From Flexilinea sp. (GTDB taxonomy: Bacteria > Bacteroidota > Bacteroidia > Bacteroidales > UBA932): DNA of 64,000 nt. A program made the position numbers and the translations under genes. Shown piece by piece: positions 33,562 to 41,587 of the stretch. A model generated the notes under the pieces. It had not been told where the DNA came from. It saw only the letters and a list, made by a program, of their open reading frames with translations, and made no database searches. The DNA is taken from positions 26 through 64,025 of the forward strand of contig CAVAMP010000007.1 in NCBI GenBank assembly GCA_963589825.1. The letters run 5' to 3'. The first letter of the stretch is position 1, and each line of letters starts with the position of its first letter.

Positions 33562-34833
33562 CTATTCCCCGCTTTCAACGAAGAAATCGCACCAGATCGG
33601 GAAATGGTCGGAAAGAAAAGCCGTTCCGTAGGAGGCGGTGTCCACCACCCGGTAGGTGAGCGGGGTTGCGTTCAAGTAGTAGATATGGTCCAGGCGGGTC
33701 CACCGGGACGAATCCGTGTAGAACCCGTTGTAGGTGGGCTTGTCCTCGGTGGAAGTGGCCCCGGTGCGGGCTAGAGGGAGATATTTGTTCAGCTCTGAAA
33801 GGCGGCTGTCGCTCTCGTCGCAGTTGAGGTCTCCAGCGAAAAAGAGTTTCATCGCTGATTTGCTCTTTCCCGAAGCGGTCTCGTCGCCGATTATCTTTTT
33901 AATCTGCTCCACATTCACTTTGGCGTTGTCGGCAATCACGTCGCCCTTGCTCGGAGTGACAAAGTGGGTGTCGAAAAGATAAAGAGGGTCGGAGACTCCC
34001 TGAAGTTTAACCCTAAGCCACAGAGTGACTTTTTTCGTCTGGGTCCCGTCGCTCGGAGACATAACGTCCGGGGTGGAACTTAGGTAGAACCTGCCCCAGC
34101 CGCCCATCTCGAACTTGTCCTTTGCGAGCATAATGACCTGCCGGGCGCCGTTGTAGAGAAATACATTCTCGGTGCACGACTCCTTTTCTCCGTCCTTGAG
34201 GACGCTGTCGATGGCGAAAAAGTAGAACAGGTATTTGTCCGAAAGGGCAGCCTGAAGGTCGTCAAGCTGTTCCTGGCGGCACTCCTGCATAAGGACTATG
34301 TCGGGAGAGATGGCGTTGAACATCTTGATTACAGGGGCCTTCCGCACAGTTGTCCATTCGTGCCCGGTTTCGTCCGTGCTCCCGTCAGACTTTCCGCCGA
34401 CCCTAAGATTAAAGGACATAACTCTAACCTGCACGCCCTTTACGTCCTCTTTCGCCCCCTGGCGGACCGTAACTGTGACATCATCCATCCCGCCTGAGGA
34501 GAGAGTAAGCTTTCCTTCGCGGGGGGAAGAGTCGTAGTTCGCGGAAAGAGAGATGGAAAATTTGAAATTTCCGCTGCCTTTTGAGGCCGAGGCGCTGAGC
34601 CATCCTCCGTCGCTTTCGACCGAAAGTGTCCACTGAAGAGTGGATTCAATCCTAAGGCTCATTTTCGCGCTTTCGCTGCTGAAGTCAAGGCTTGAAACGG
34701 GTTCGCCTTCTGTGGAAACGATCCGGAGAATTGCGGTGTCCTCTCCACCGGCAGCGGTGCTGTCTTTCCCGCAGGAAGACAGCACCACGCCCAGAAGAGG
34801 AATGAGGAGTAAACTCTTGAGGATTTTTCTCAT
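33562..34833 (-). CDS. Lipoprotein: BACON domain plus endonuclease/exonuclease/phosphatase (EEP) domain
   Basis: Lipobox LSSC; BACON-like W..WL...N....R...VRQ; EEP motifs SFNLR, QE, AGDLN, LDHIY, SDHFP. Confidence 0.88.
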   Translation of the reverse strand: MRKILKSLLLIPLLGVVLSSCGKDSTAAGGEDTAILRIVSTEGEPVSSLDFSSESAKMSLRIESTLQWTLSVESDGGWLSASASKGSGNFKFSISLSANYDSSPREGKLTLSSGGMDDVTVTVRQGAKEDVKGVQVRVMSFNLRVGGKSDGSTDETGHEWTTVRKAPVIKMFNAISPDIVLMQECRQEQLDDLQAALSDKYLFYFFAIDSVLKDGEKESCTENVFLYNGARQVIMLAKDKFEMGGWGRFYLSSTPDVMSPSDGTQTKKVTLWLRVKLQGVSDPLYLFDTHFVTPSKGDVIADNAKVNVEQIKKIIGDETASGKSKSAMKLFFAGDLNCDESDSRLSELNKYLPLARTGATSTEDKPTYNGFYTDSSRWTRLDHIYYLNATPLTYRVVDTASYGTAFLSDHFPIWCDFFVESGE

Positions 34834-34856
34834 TCGTTGATTCAGTTTCTTAAGAT

Positions 34857-36440
34857 TTACCTGTCGTAGGCAATCACAATCTTAGGACTGCCCTCAAGAC
34901 GGTGCCAGCCGGTACCCATCTTGGTCTGGTATGCGTCGGCAGCGGTGAAGTTGGCTGCCGCGCGGTACCTTATCTGAAGATTTTCGCTTGCAGGGGCCGT
35001 GAGAGTGTAGCTTACGTCCATAGAGTCACTTGAGTTGTTGCTCTGGGCAAAATTGTATGTGACGGTCTTTGTCGTATTGCCGTTTGCACTTGTGATTTCC
35101 TCGGTGACTGTTTCCTTCATCGGAAGCCAGCTGCCGCCTTCCAGAATCTCGAGTACCCAGTACTTCAGACCGCTTCCGCTGGCCTTTGTCGTCATTGTCA
35201 GAGTGAGGGTTGAGCCGGCAGCGTAGGTCTTGCTGAGATTGACGTCGAACAGCCAGTAGTCGCCTTCCCATCCGCCGTTGGTGTTAGGAGCTCCGCCGGC
35301 GGTGAGCCTGCGGGCAGGGCAGTTCGTGCCGCCTCCGGACAGGGATGTCTTGTCAACATTGACATACTTGATCTTTGCATCGCCGGTGTTTGCGGCAATG
35401 TACTTGTCTCCATCGCCTGCTTTCTTGTCGGTGTCGGAGATTTTGGTTTCGGTGTTTCCTGTGAATGTAGCCGCATTTTCCGCAATGTGGTCAGCAAACT
35501 TCCACTGAGCGACGACATCCTGTGCCCTTGTCATACCTTCATCTTCCACGGCGGCGGCAAGCAGCACTACGGTAGAGTCGCTGTCGCGGAATGCGAAGCC
35601 GTCGATGAGCACCTTGTGGTTGGTGAGCTTCGAGAACTTGAAGTCGGTGTCGGGGTAAATCACAGAAAGTTCATTTTCCTGTTCTTCGACTGAGATTACG
35701 ACGCTTTCCTCTCCCGGAACCTGGGCGATGCCTTCCACTTTGACATATTTTCCGTTGTCAGCGGCGTCAAAAGCGTCCAGAGTGGCGGTGATGTTCTCTG
35801 CGGTGAACGTGTAGGAGTCTCCCGCAGCAGGGTCGAGAACATCGGCGCTGCTGATGAGGGTGATGCCGTAAACCACAGTCTTAATTCCCTTCACAGTGGC
35901 CTTCTCCTCAAGGGAAAGAGGGGCGTCAGTGAGTGCGAAGCCGTCTCCGTCGGTGATGAGAAGGTATTTCGATGTCTCAAGGATGGCGGTCGCGTTGTCG
36001 ATGCTGACCGTGGAGCTGTCCTTCGCGTTCGCGATGGTCTCGAGAGTGTAGGCCGGGGCGCCCTTGTAGCGGTCGCCGGCCTGGGAAATCGTGAGAGTGG
36101 CCTTGCTGGAGAGGCGGGTGCCGCCGAGGACGATCTTTCCTTCGCGAGGAAAGTCAACTTCGTCTCCGTCAAGGTTGTCGGAGATGCTGATTGTGACGAG
36201 GGTTTCTCCCGCGCCGCCCGAAAGTGGCGAAACGGTGACCCAGTCAGGGTATTCGGTGATGGTCCACTCTCCGTCGGAGATGACGCTCAGAGTCGCGTCA
36301 TCCACATCCGTCGCGCTGACTTCGAGGGTCTGGAAGTCGATGAGTGTGGCCTTGGCAACGCCGCCCTGCTCCTTCTGGCACGAAGAAAGCGCCGCAAGGA
36401 GAGCGAGGGATGCTGCCGCTATGCTCAATATCTTTTTCAT
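34857..36440 (-). CDS. BACON-domain surface glycan-binding-like lipoprotein (SusE position), paralog 1
   Basis: Lipobox LSSC, BACON-like N-terminus, then the DRY/GDYWLF/KYWVLE/LQIRYRA domains seen in the downstream paralogs; directly follows susD. Confidence 0.82.
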   Translation of the reverse strand: MKKILSIAAASLALLAALSSCQKEQGGVAKATLIDFQTLEVSATDVDDATLSVISDGEWTITEYPDWVTVSPLSGGAGETLVTISISDNLDGDEVDFPREGKIVLGGTRLSSKATLTISQAGDRYKGAPAYTLETIANAKDSSTVSIDNATAILETSKYLLITDGDGFALTDAPLSLEEKATVKGIKTVVYGITLISSADVLDPAAGDSYTFTAENITATLDAFDAADNGKYVKVEGIAQVPGEESVVISVEEQENELSVIYPDTDFKFSKLTNHKVLIDGFAFRDSDSTVVLLAAAVEDEGMTRAQDVVAQWKFADHIAENAATFTGNTETKISDTDKKAGDGDKYIAANTGDAKIKYVNVDKTSLSGGGTNCPARRLTAGGAPNTNGGWEGDYWLFDVNLSKTYAAGSTLTLTMTTKASGSGLKYWVLEILEGGSWLPMKETVTEEITSANGNTTKTVTYNFAQSNNSSDSMDVSYTLTAPASENLQIRYRAAANFTAADAYQTKMGTGWHRLEGSPKIVIAYDR

Positions 36441-36467
36441 TGTCATAAATTTTCGCAAAAATACAAA

Positions 36468-38270
36468 TTAGAAATCAAGACCGTCGTCCCAACCGGGGTT
36501 CTGGGTGAGATTGCGGTTGAGCGAGCGCTCGTTGATAGGAACAGGGTAGAGGTAGTCGCGGACTTCGTCGAACACGTGCGGAATCCCGCTGACTGCGTCG
36601 ATGTAGCCTGAGTCTCCGTTTGTGAGTACCATATCCTTGTCTTCACCCACTTCAAACACATACTTTGCGCTTGTCGTCGGCTTGGAACCCTTGTAGAGGC
36701 AGTACTCTTTCACTCCGTCCCCGTCCAGGTCAAATTCTCCGAGGCTCGGGAAATAAACTCCGTAGAAGTTCTGCGCAAGGCACTGGCCCTCTTTCCACCT
36801 CATAAGGTCGAGGTAGCGCATATTGCCTTCCTGAACGAGCTCGATTGTCCTTTCGCGGCGAATTTCGAGGATGACTCCCTTGTTCGCTCCGGTGACGTTG
36901 ACATATCCGCCTTCCGCGCCGCTGAGGTACGGGTCAGGGTTGGCGTTCGCAGTTGCGAGATTGATGTTAGGCATACCGACTCTGTCGCGGATGAGTTTCA
37001 CGCTCTTGTCGAGGTCGGCCTGGGTGAGGGTGCCGAGCTCTGCCTTCGCCTCCGCGTAGATGAGGAGGATTTCGGCGTAGCGGATAACCGGCATATCGTT
37101 GTAGGAACGGTCCGCGCTGTCTGCATCGGCGTCTGCATCCATCAGGTATTTGATTGTCTGATATGCGGTTACGCTGCTGGTGTAGTCCGGGCCGTCAAGC
37201 GTAGAGACGCTCTTTCCGGGACGAATGTAACCCGGGGTGCGCATTGTCTGAGATAGGCGCGGGTCCCTGTCCTTCGTCTCCTCGGTGAAAGTCATAGTCT
37301 TCCAGCCGGGCTGGTCGGTGAAGCGGGATCCGTCCTTCATAAGGTAGGAGTTGACGAATTTCTTCGTGAACCCGGCACGGCCCTTCGCGCTCTGGATTCC
37401 GTAGCAGGTGGCGTCGTGGAAGAGGTTGAGCGACTTGTCGTAGTCGACGGCAAGAATGGTCTCGCCCTCGATGGCGTCGGTGGACTTGAAGTAGTTCACA
37501 TAGTCCTCAGAGGGCTTTCCTGTGGAATAGATGGAGTACTTTCCGCTGTCCATAATCTTCTGGGCCGCTTCAGCTGCAAGATTAAGATAGTAAGCGGCAT
37601 CGTGACCCGAGCCTGTCGTGTCCTTGTACTCGTGGTACTTGCGGTAGGTTCCCTCGAAGAGACAGAAGCGTGCCTTGAGGGCGTATGCCGTGTATCTGTT
37701 GATGCGGTAGAGGGAAGAGCTCTCCGGAAGATGTACAATCGCGGAATCCACGTCCTCAATCATATGGGTGAGGACTATTTCACGGGAGTCGCGGGGAGCC
37801 TGGAGTTCGGCGTCATTGGATGCCATAACGTGGTCAATCCACGGATAGTCGCCGAAGATGCGGACCTTGGAGTAGTAGTACCAGGCGCGGAAGAACTTGG
37901 CCACGGCGGTGTATTCCGCCACAGCATCCTTGTCCTCGCAGCGCGGGGCATATTCGATGAGGGTGTTGATTTTTCTCAGCCAGGTGAAGTTCCATCCGCC
38001 GCCGCTGTTGGGAACGTTGCGGCTGTTTCCGCCCCTGATTAGGTCGGAAAGTGTGCTCTCGATGATTACGTCGCTCTGGTTGCGGTGGTATGAACCTCCG
38101 AAAGCCGTCTCGTAGAACGAGTTGGAGAACATCTTGAGGTCGGTCTCCGTCTCGAAGTAGGAGTCCACCGTGAGCTTTGACTCCGGAGTCTTGTTCAGCC
38201 AGTCGTCGCAGGAGGAGAGGCTGAAGGCTGCGCAGAGCAGAAGGAGGATATTCTTTATTGTGTTTTTCAT
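36468..38270 (-). CDS. susD: SusD/RagB family outer-membrane lipoprotein
   Basis: Lipobox LSSC, FFRAWYY, RDPRL, IRYAEILLIYAEA, EIRRERTIEL, QNPGW. Confidence 0.95.
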   Translation of the reverse strand: MKNTIKNILLLLCAAFSLSSCDDWLNKTPESKLTVDSYFETETDLKMFSNSFYETAFGGSYHRNQSDVIIESTLSDLIRGGNSRNVPNSGGGWNFTWLRKINTLIEYAPRCEDKDAVAEYTAVAKFFRAWYYYSKVRIFGDYPWIDHVMASNDAELQAPRDSREIVLTHMIEDVDSAIVHLPESSSLYRINRYTAYALKARFCLFEGTYRKYHEYKDTTGSGHDAAYYLNLAAEAAQKIMDSGKYSIYSTGKPSEDYVNYFKSTDAIEGETILAVDYDKSLNLFHDATCYGIQSAKGRAGFTKKFVNSYLMKDGSRFTDQPGWKTMTFTEETKDRDPRLSQTMRTPGYIRPGKSVSTLDGPDYTSSVTAYQTIKYLMDADADADSADRSYNDMPVIRYAEILLIYAEAKAELGTLTQADLDKSVKLIRDRVGMPNINLATANANPDPYLSGAEGGYVNVTGANKGVILEIRRERTIELVQEGNMRYLDLMRWKEGQCLAQNFYGVYFPSLGEFDLDGDGVKEYCLYKGSKPTTSAKYVFEVGEDKDMVLTNGDSGYIDAVSGIPHVFDEVRDYLYPVPINERSLNRNLTQNPGWDDGLDF

Positions 38271-38303
38271 CTTTTCTGTTTCTTTAAAATTGAACTCTAC
38301 GCT

Positions 38304-41300
38304 TTAGAATGTGATTTCAACTCCGAACATGTGGGTCTTCTGCCACGGGTAGAAGCCGTTGCTGCCTGAGCTGTTGCTCGGGTATGCTGCCTCAGGGTCG
38401 ATGTACTTGGTGACCTTCTTCAGAGGTGACCAGTAGCAGATGTTCTCTCCGGAGTAGTAAACCCTGAGTTTGTCGATGTGGATCTTGCGGGTCCATTTCT
38501 TGGGAAGGGTGTAACCCACAGCGAGGTTCTTGAAACGCAGATACTTGATGTTCTGGAGGTAGCGGGTGTTGGTCATGGTGAGCTCTCGGCCTGAGCCTAC
38601 GCCTGCCACATATCCTCTCGGACGAGGGAAGTAGGCGTCAGGATTGTCCTCGCTCCAGACATTGTCCATAAAGTTCTTTGGAAGATAGGAAACGTAAGGA
38701 CGGCAGTATGGGCCCCAGAATGCCATATTTTCGTATCCGGGGTACCAGTAGCGGTTGCCTGTTCCCTCGAAGGTGGCGCTTACGTCCACTCCGTACCAGT
38801 CGAATCCGAAGTTGAAGCCGTAGCGGAGCTTGGCGCGGGAGTTACCGATGATTTTGCGGTCGCCCGGGTTGTCCACTGTGTTGGAGCCGACGCTGATTTT
38901 TCCGTCGCCGTCAAGGTCGACATAGCGGAGGTCTCCGGCCTTCCATCCTCCGGTGAGGTAGGTGGAGCAGAATGACTGGTCAACCTTTGAGGTGTATTCG
39001 GCCGCTTCCTCGTCGGAGGCGAAGAGTCCGTCAACTACATATCCCCAGATTTCTCCGATTTCCTGGCCCACATAGTAGTCCTTTGCGAAGGAACGCTCAG
39101 GGTTGTCGTACTTGGTGATGTAGGTGCCGCTGTAGCTCATATTCGCTCCGATGTGGTAGTGGAAGGTGTCTCCGGCGAGTTTGAAGCCGTCTTTCCAGGT
39201 GCCCTGCATCTCGAATCCGCGGGTGCTCAGGTCGGCTGCGTTGGACTGAGGAGAATCTGCTCCGTAGGCTGCAGGAAGAGCCACTCCGTCGGTGAGCATT
39301 CCGGTGGTGTTGCGGATGAAGCCCTCGACGGTGTAGTCGAGCTTGCCTCCGAGGAAGGTGACGTCGAGTCCGATATTGCCCTGTTTTGCCACCTCCCAGG
39401 TGAGGTCTGTGGCGTTAGGGCTTGAAAGGTAGGAGTATTTCGGAAGTGCCGTGCTCTCCTTGAAGGAGTAGGACAGGGACTTGATTCCGACCGTCTGAAG
39501 GTAGGCGTAGTTGGAAACGTTCTGGTTTCCGAGCTGTCCGTAGGATGCGCGCAGTTTGAGGTTGCTTACAATGCGTTTTGCAGGAGCGAAGAACGGCTCC
39601 TCGGAGATTCTCCATCCGATGGACCCTGAAGGGAAGAAGCCCCAGCGGTGTCCTTTCGCGAAGCGGGAGGTTCCGTCGTAACGGCCGGAAATCTCGAAGA
39701 GGTAACGCTCCTTGTAGTTGTAGTTCACTCTGCCGAAGATGCCCTGAAGGGCGTATGAACTCTGTCCTCCGGATACGCTCGTTATGACGTTTCCTGACTC
39801 GTCCTCACCCACGAGGTCGAGGTCGGAAAGGTTGCGGGTGATAAGGTTCTGGCCGCTTGCGGTGACGTCCTTCGAAGAGCGGGTCTCGAAGTTGTATCCG
39901 AGGGTGGCCGTGAGGTGGTGAGCTTCTGCGAAGGTGTTGTCGTAGGTGGCATACACGTTTGCGGAGTGGTAGTTCACCGTGTTCACAACCTCGCTCATCT
40001 TGTCGGCGTAGTTGCTGGCGTCGGAAAATTCGATTACCTCGTCAGGGTACTGCGAGTAGCTGAAGCCCGTGCGGCGGTAGGTGTTGCGGCTCTGGTAGGT
40101 CCTGTAGGTGTAGTTCGCCTTGATTTCAAGACCCTTAATCGGCTTGATGGTGAGCTCTGCGGTGTTGGTGAAGTCTGAACGGCGGCGGATGTTGACGTTG
40201 TTGTTTTCGCTCATCACGATGTGGCGGCCGTTGTTGACCTGGTAGTTGGTCCAGCTTGTCTTGTAAACCCAGGTCCCGTCAGGGTTCTGCGGGGTGAAGC
40301 AGGCAAGCGCGTGGCGCGAACCGGATGCGAACGTGTCCTCAGGATCGGTGATGCCGGAATAGGTGTAGTTCGTTCCGTAGTAGGTGGTGTTGTTGCTGAA
40401 CTTCATCCATTTGTTGATTGGGAAGTCGATCTTCGCACGGAGATTATACTTCTGATAGATGTCAGGGTTAATCTTCATAACTCCCTGCTGACGGTCGTAT
40501 GCACCTGAGACATAGTATTTTACGCCCTTCACGCCTCCGCTGAGGGAAACGCTGTGCTGCTGCACCGGATGGGTGTCGCTGTAGAGGTAGTGGTACCAGT
40601 CGAAGTTGCCGTAATAGACATACTGGTCACGTCCGTCGCGGTTCTGGATTGTGACCCACGGCCTCTCGGGGTTTTCGGTCTTGTCGTTCACGCGAAGAAG
40701 CAGCTGACGCATATCCTCGTCGTTGTATTTGACATATTTGTTTCCAGGGGAGTAGGCGCTCCAGAAGAGGTTGTTTACGTAAACTGACCAGTAACCGGTT
40801 GTCTCATAGTCTGTCGAGGTGGTGTTGGACTCCCAGCCCCAGCGGCCTGAGTAGCGGACCGTCGCTTTGCCGTCGGAGTCGCTTCCGGACTTGGTGGTGA
40901 CGAGAATCACACCGAAGGCAGCCCTCGCTCCGTAGACCGCAGCCGCAGCCGCGTCCTTGATGACTGAGATTGAGGCCACGTCGTCGGCGTTCACCCTGTC
41001 GAGGTCTCCGATTGCGCCGTCAATGAGCACGATAGGCTCGGCGCCGTTGATGGAAGTATAGCCTCGGATGTTGATTTCAGGGGCGCTTCCCGGAGCACCG
41101 GCGGAGGTGGTGATGTTAAGACCCGGCACAGAACCCTGGAGCATTGTGGCGAGGGAGTGTGCAGGACGGTTTTCGAGGGACTCGGTGTCCACAGTTGAAA
41201 TCGCACCGGTGAGGTTGACTTTTTTCTGCACGCCGTAACCCACGACCACGGTCTCGTTCAGCACGAGATTGTCCTCCTTGAGGACCACCTTGATGTTGTC

Positions 41301-41576
41301 CTGAGTAGAAGGGACCTGGACAGTCTGGGTGGCATAGCCGAGGATTGATACTGTGAGGGAAACGGTTCCGGAGGCTGGGACGCTGATGGAGAAGCTTCCG
41401 TCATCGCCGGTCATAACTCCGTTTGAAGTTCCCTCGACTATTACAGCGGCACCCGGCACTCCGACTGAAGTCTCGTCGAGCACGGTACCTTTGACTGTTC
41501 TCTGCTGTGCGGCGAGCGAAAAGGCTGCACCGACAAAGAGAAACGCTGTAATCAAGAGCTTGGTTATACGATTCAT
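38304..41576 (-). CDS. susC: SusC/RagA family TonB-dependent transporter
   Basis: VVVGYGVQKKVNLTGA, KDAAAAAVYGARAAFGVILVTTK, RYDGTSRF, GDLRYVDLDGDG, terminal Phe. Confidence 0.96.
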   Translation of the reverse strand: MNRITKLLITAFLFVGAAFSLAAQQRTVKGTVLDETSVGVPGAAVIVEGTSNGVMTGDDGSFSISVPASGTVSLTVSILGYATQTVQVPSTQDNIKVVLKEDNLVLNETVVVGYGVQKKVNLTGAISTVDTESLENRPAHSLATMLQGSVPGLNITTSAGAPGSAPEINIRGYTSINGAEPIVLIDGAIGDLDRVNADDVASISVIKDAAAAAVYGARAAFGVILVTTKSGSDSDGKATVRYSGRWGWESNTTSTDYETTGYWSVYVNNLFWSAYSPGNKYVKYNDEDMRQLLLRVNDKTENPERPWVTIQNRDGRDQYVYYGNFDWYHYLYSDTHPVQQHSVSLSGGVKGVKYYVSGAYDRQQGVMKINPDIYQKYNLRAKIDFPINKWMKFSNNTTYYGTNYTYSGITDPEDTFASGSRHALACFTPQNPDGTWVYKTSWTNYQVNNGRHIVMSENNNVNIRRRSDFTNTAELTIKPIKGLEIKANYTYRTYQSRNTYRRTGFSYSQYPDEVIEFSDASNYADKMSEVVNTVNYHSANVYATYDNTFAEAHHLTATLGYNFETRSSKDVTASGQNLITRNLSDLDLVGEDESGNVITSVSGGQSSYALQGIFGRVNYNYKERYLFEISGRYDGTSRFAKGHRWGFFPSGSIGWRISEEPFFAPAKRIVSNLKLRASYGQLGNQNVSNYAYLQTVGIKSLSYSFKESTALPKYSYLSSPNATDLTWEVAKQGNIGLDVTFLGGKLDYTVEGFIRNTTGMLTDGVALPAAYGADSPQSNAADLSTRGFEMQGTWKDGFKLAGDTFHYHIGANMSYSGTYITKYDNPERSFAKDYYVGQEIGEIWGYVVDGLFASDEEAAEYTSKVDQSFCSTYLTGGWKAGDLRYVDLDGDGKISVGSNTVDNPGDRKIIGNSRAKLRYGFNFGFDWYGVDVSATFEGTGNRYWYPGYENMAFWGPYCRPYVSYLPKNFMDNVWSEDNPDAYFPRPRGYVAGVGSGRELTMTNTRYLQNIKYLRFKNLAVGYTLPKKWTRKIHIDKLRVYYSGENICYWSPLKKVTKYIDPEAAYPSNSSGSNGFYPWQKTHMFGVEITF

Positions 41577-41587
41577 AAATGTTGGGA

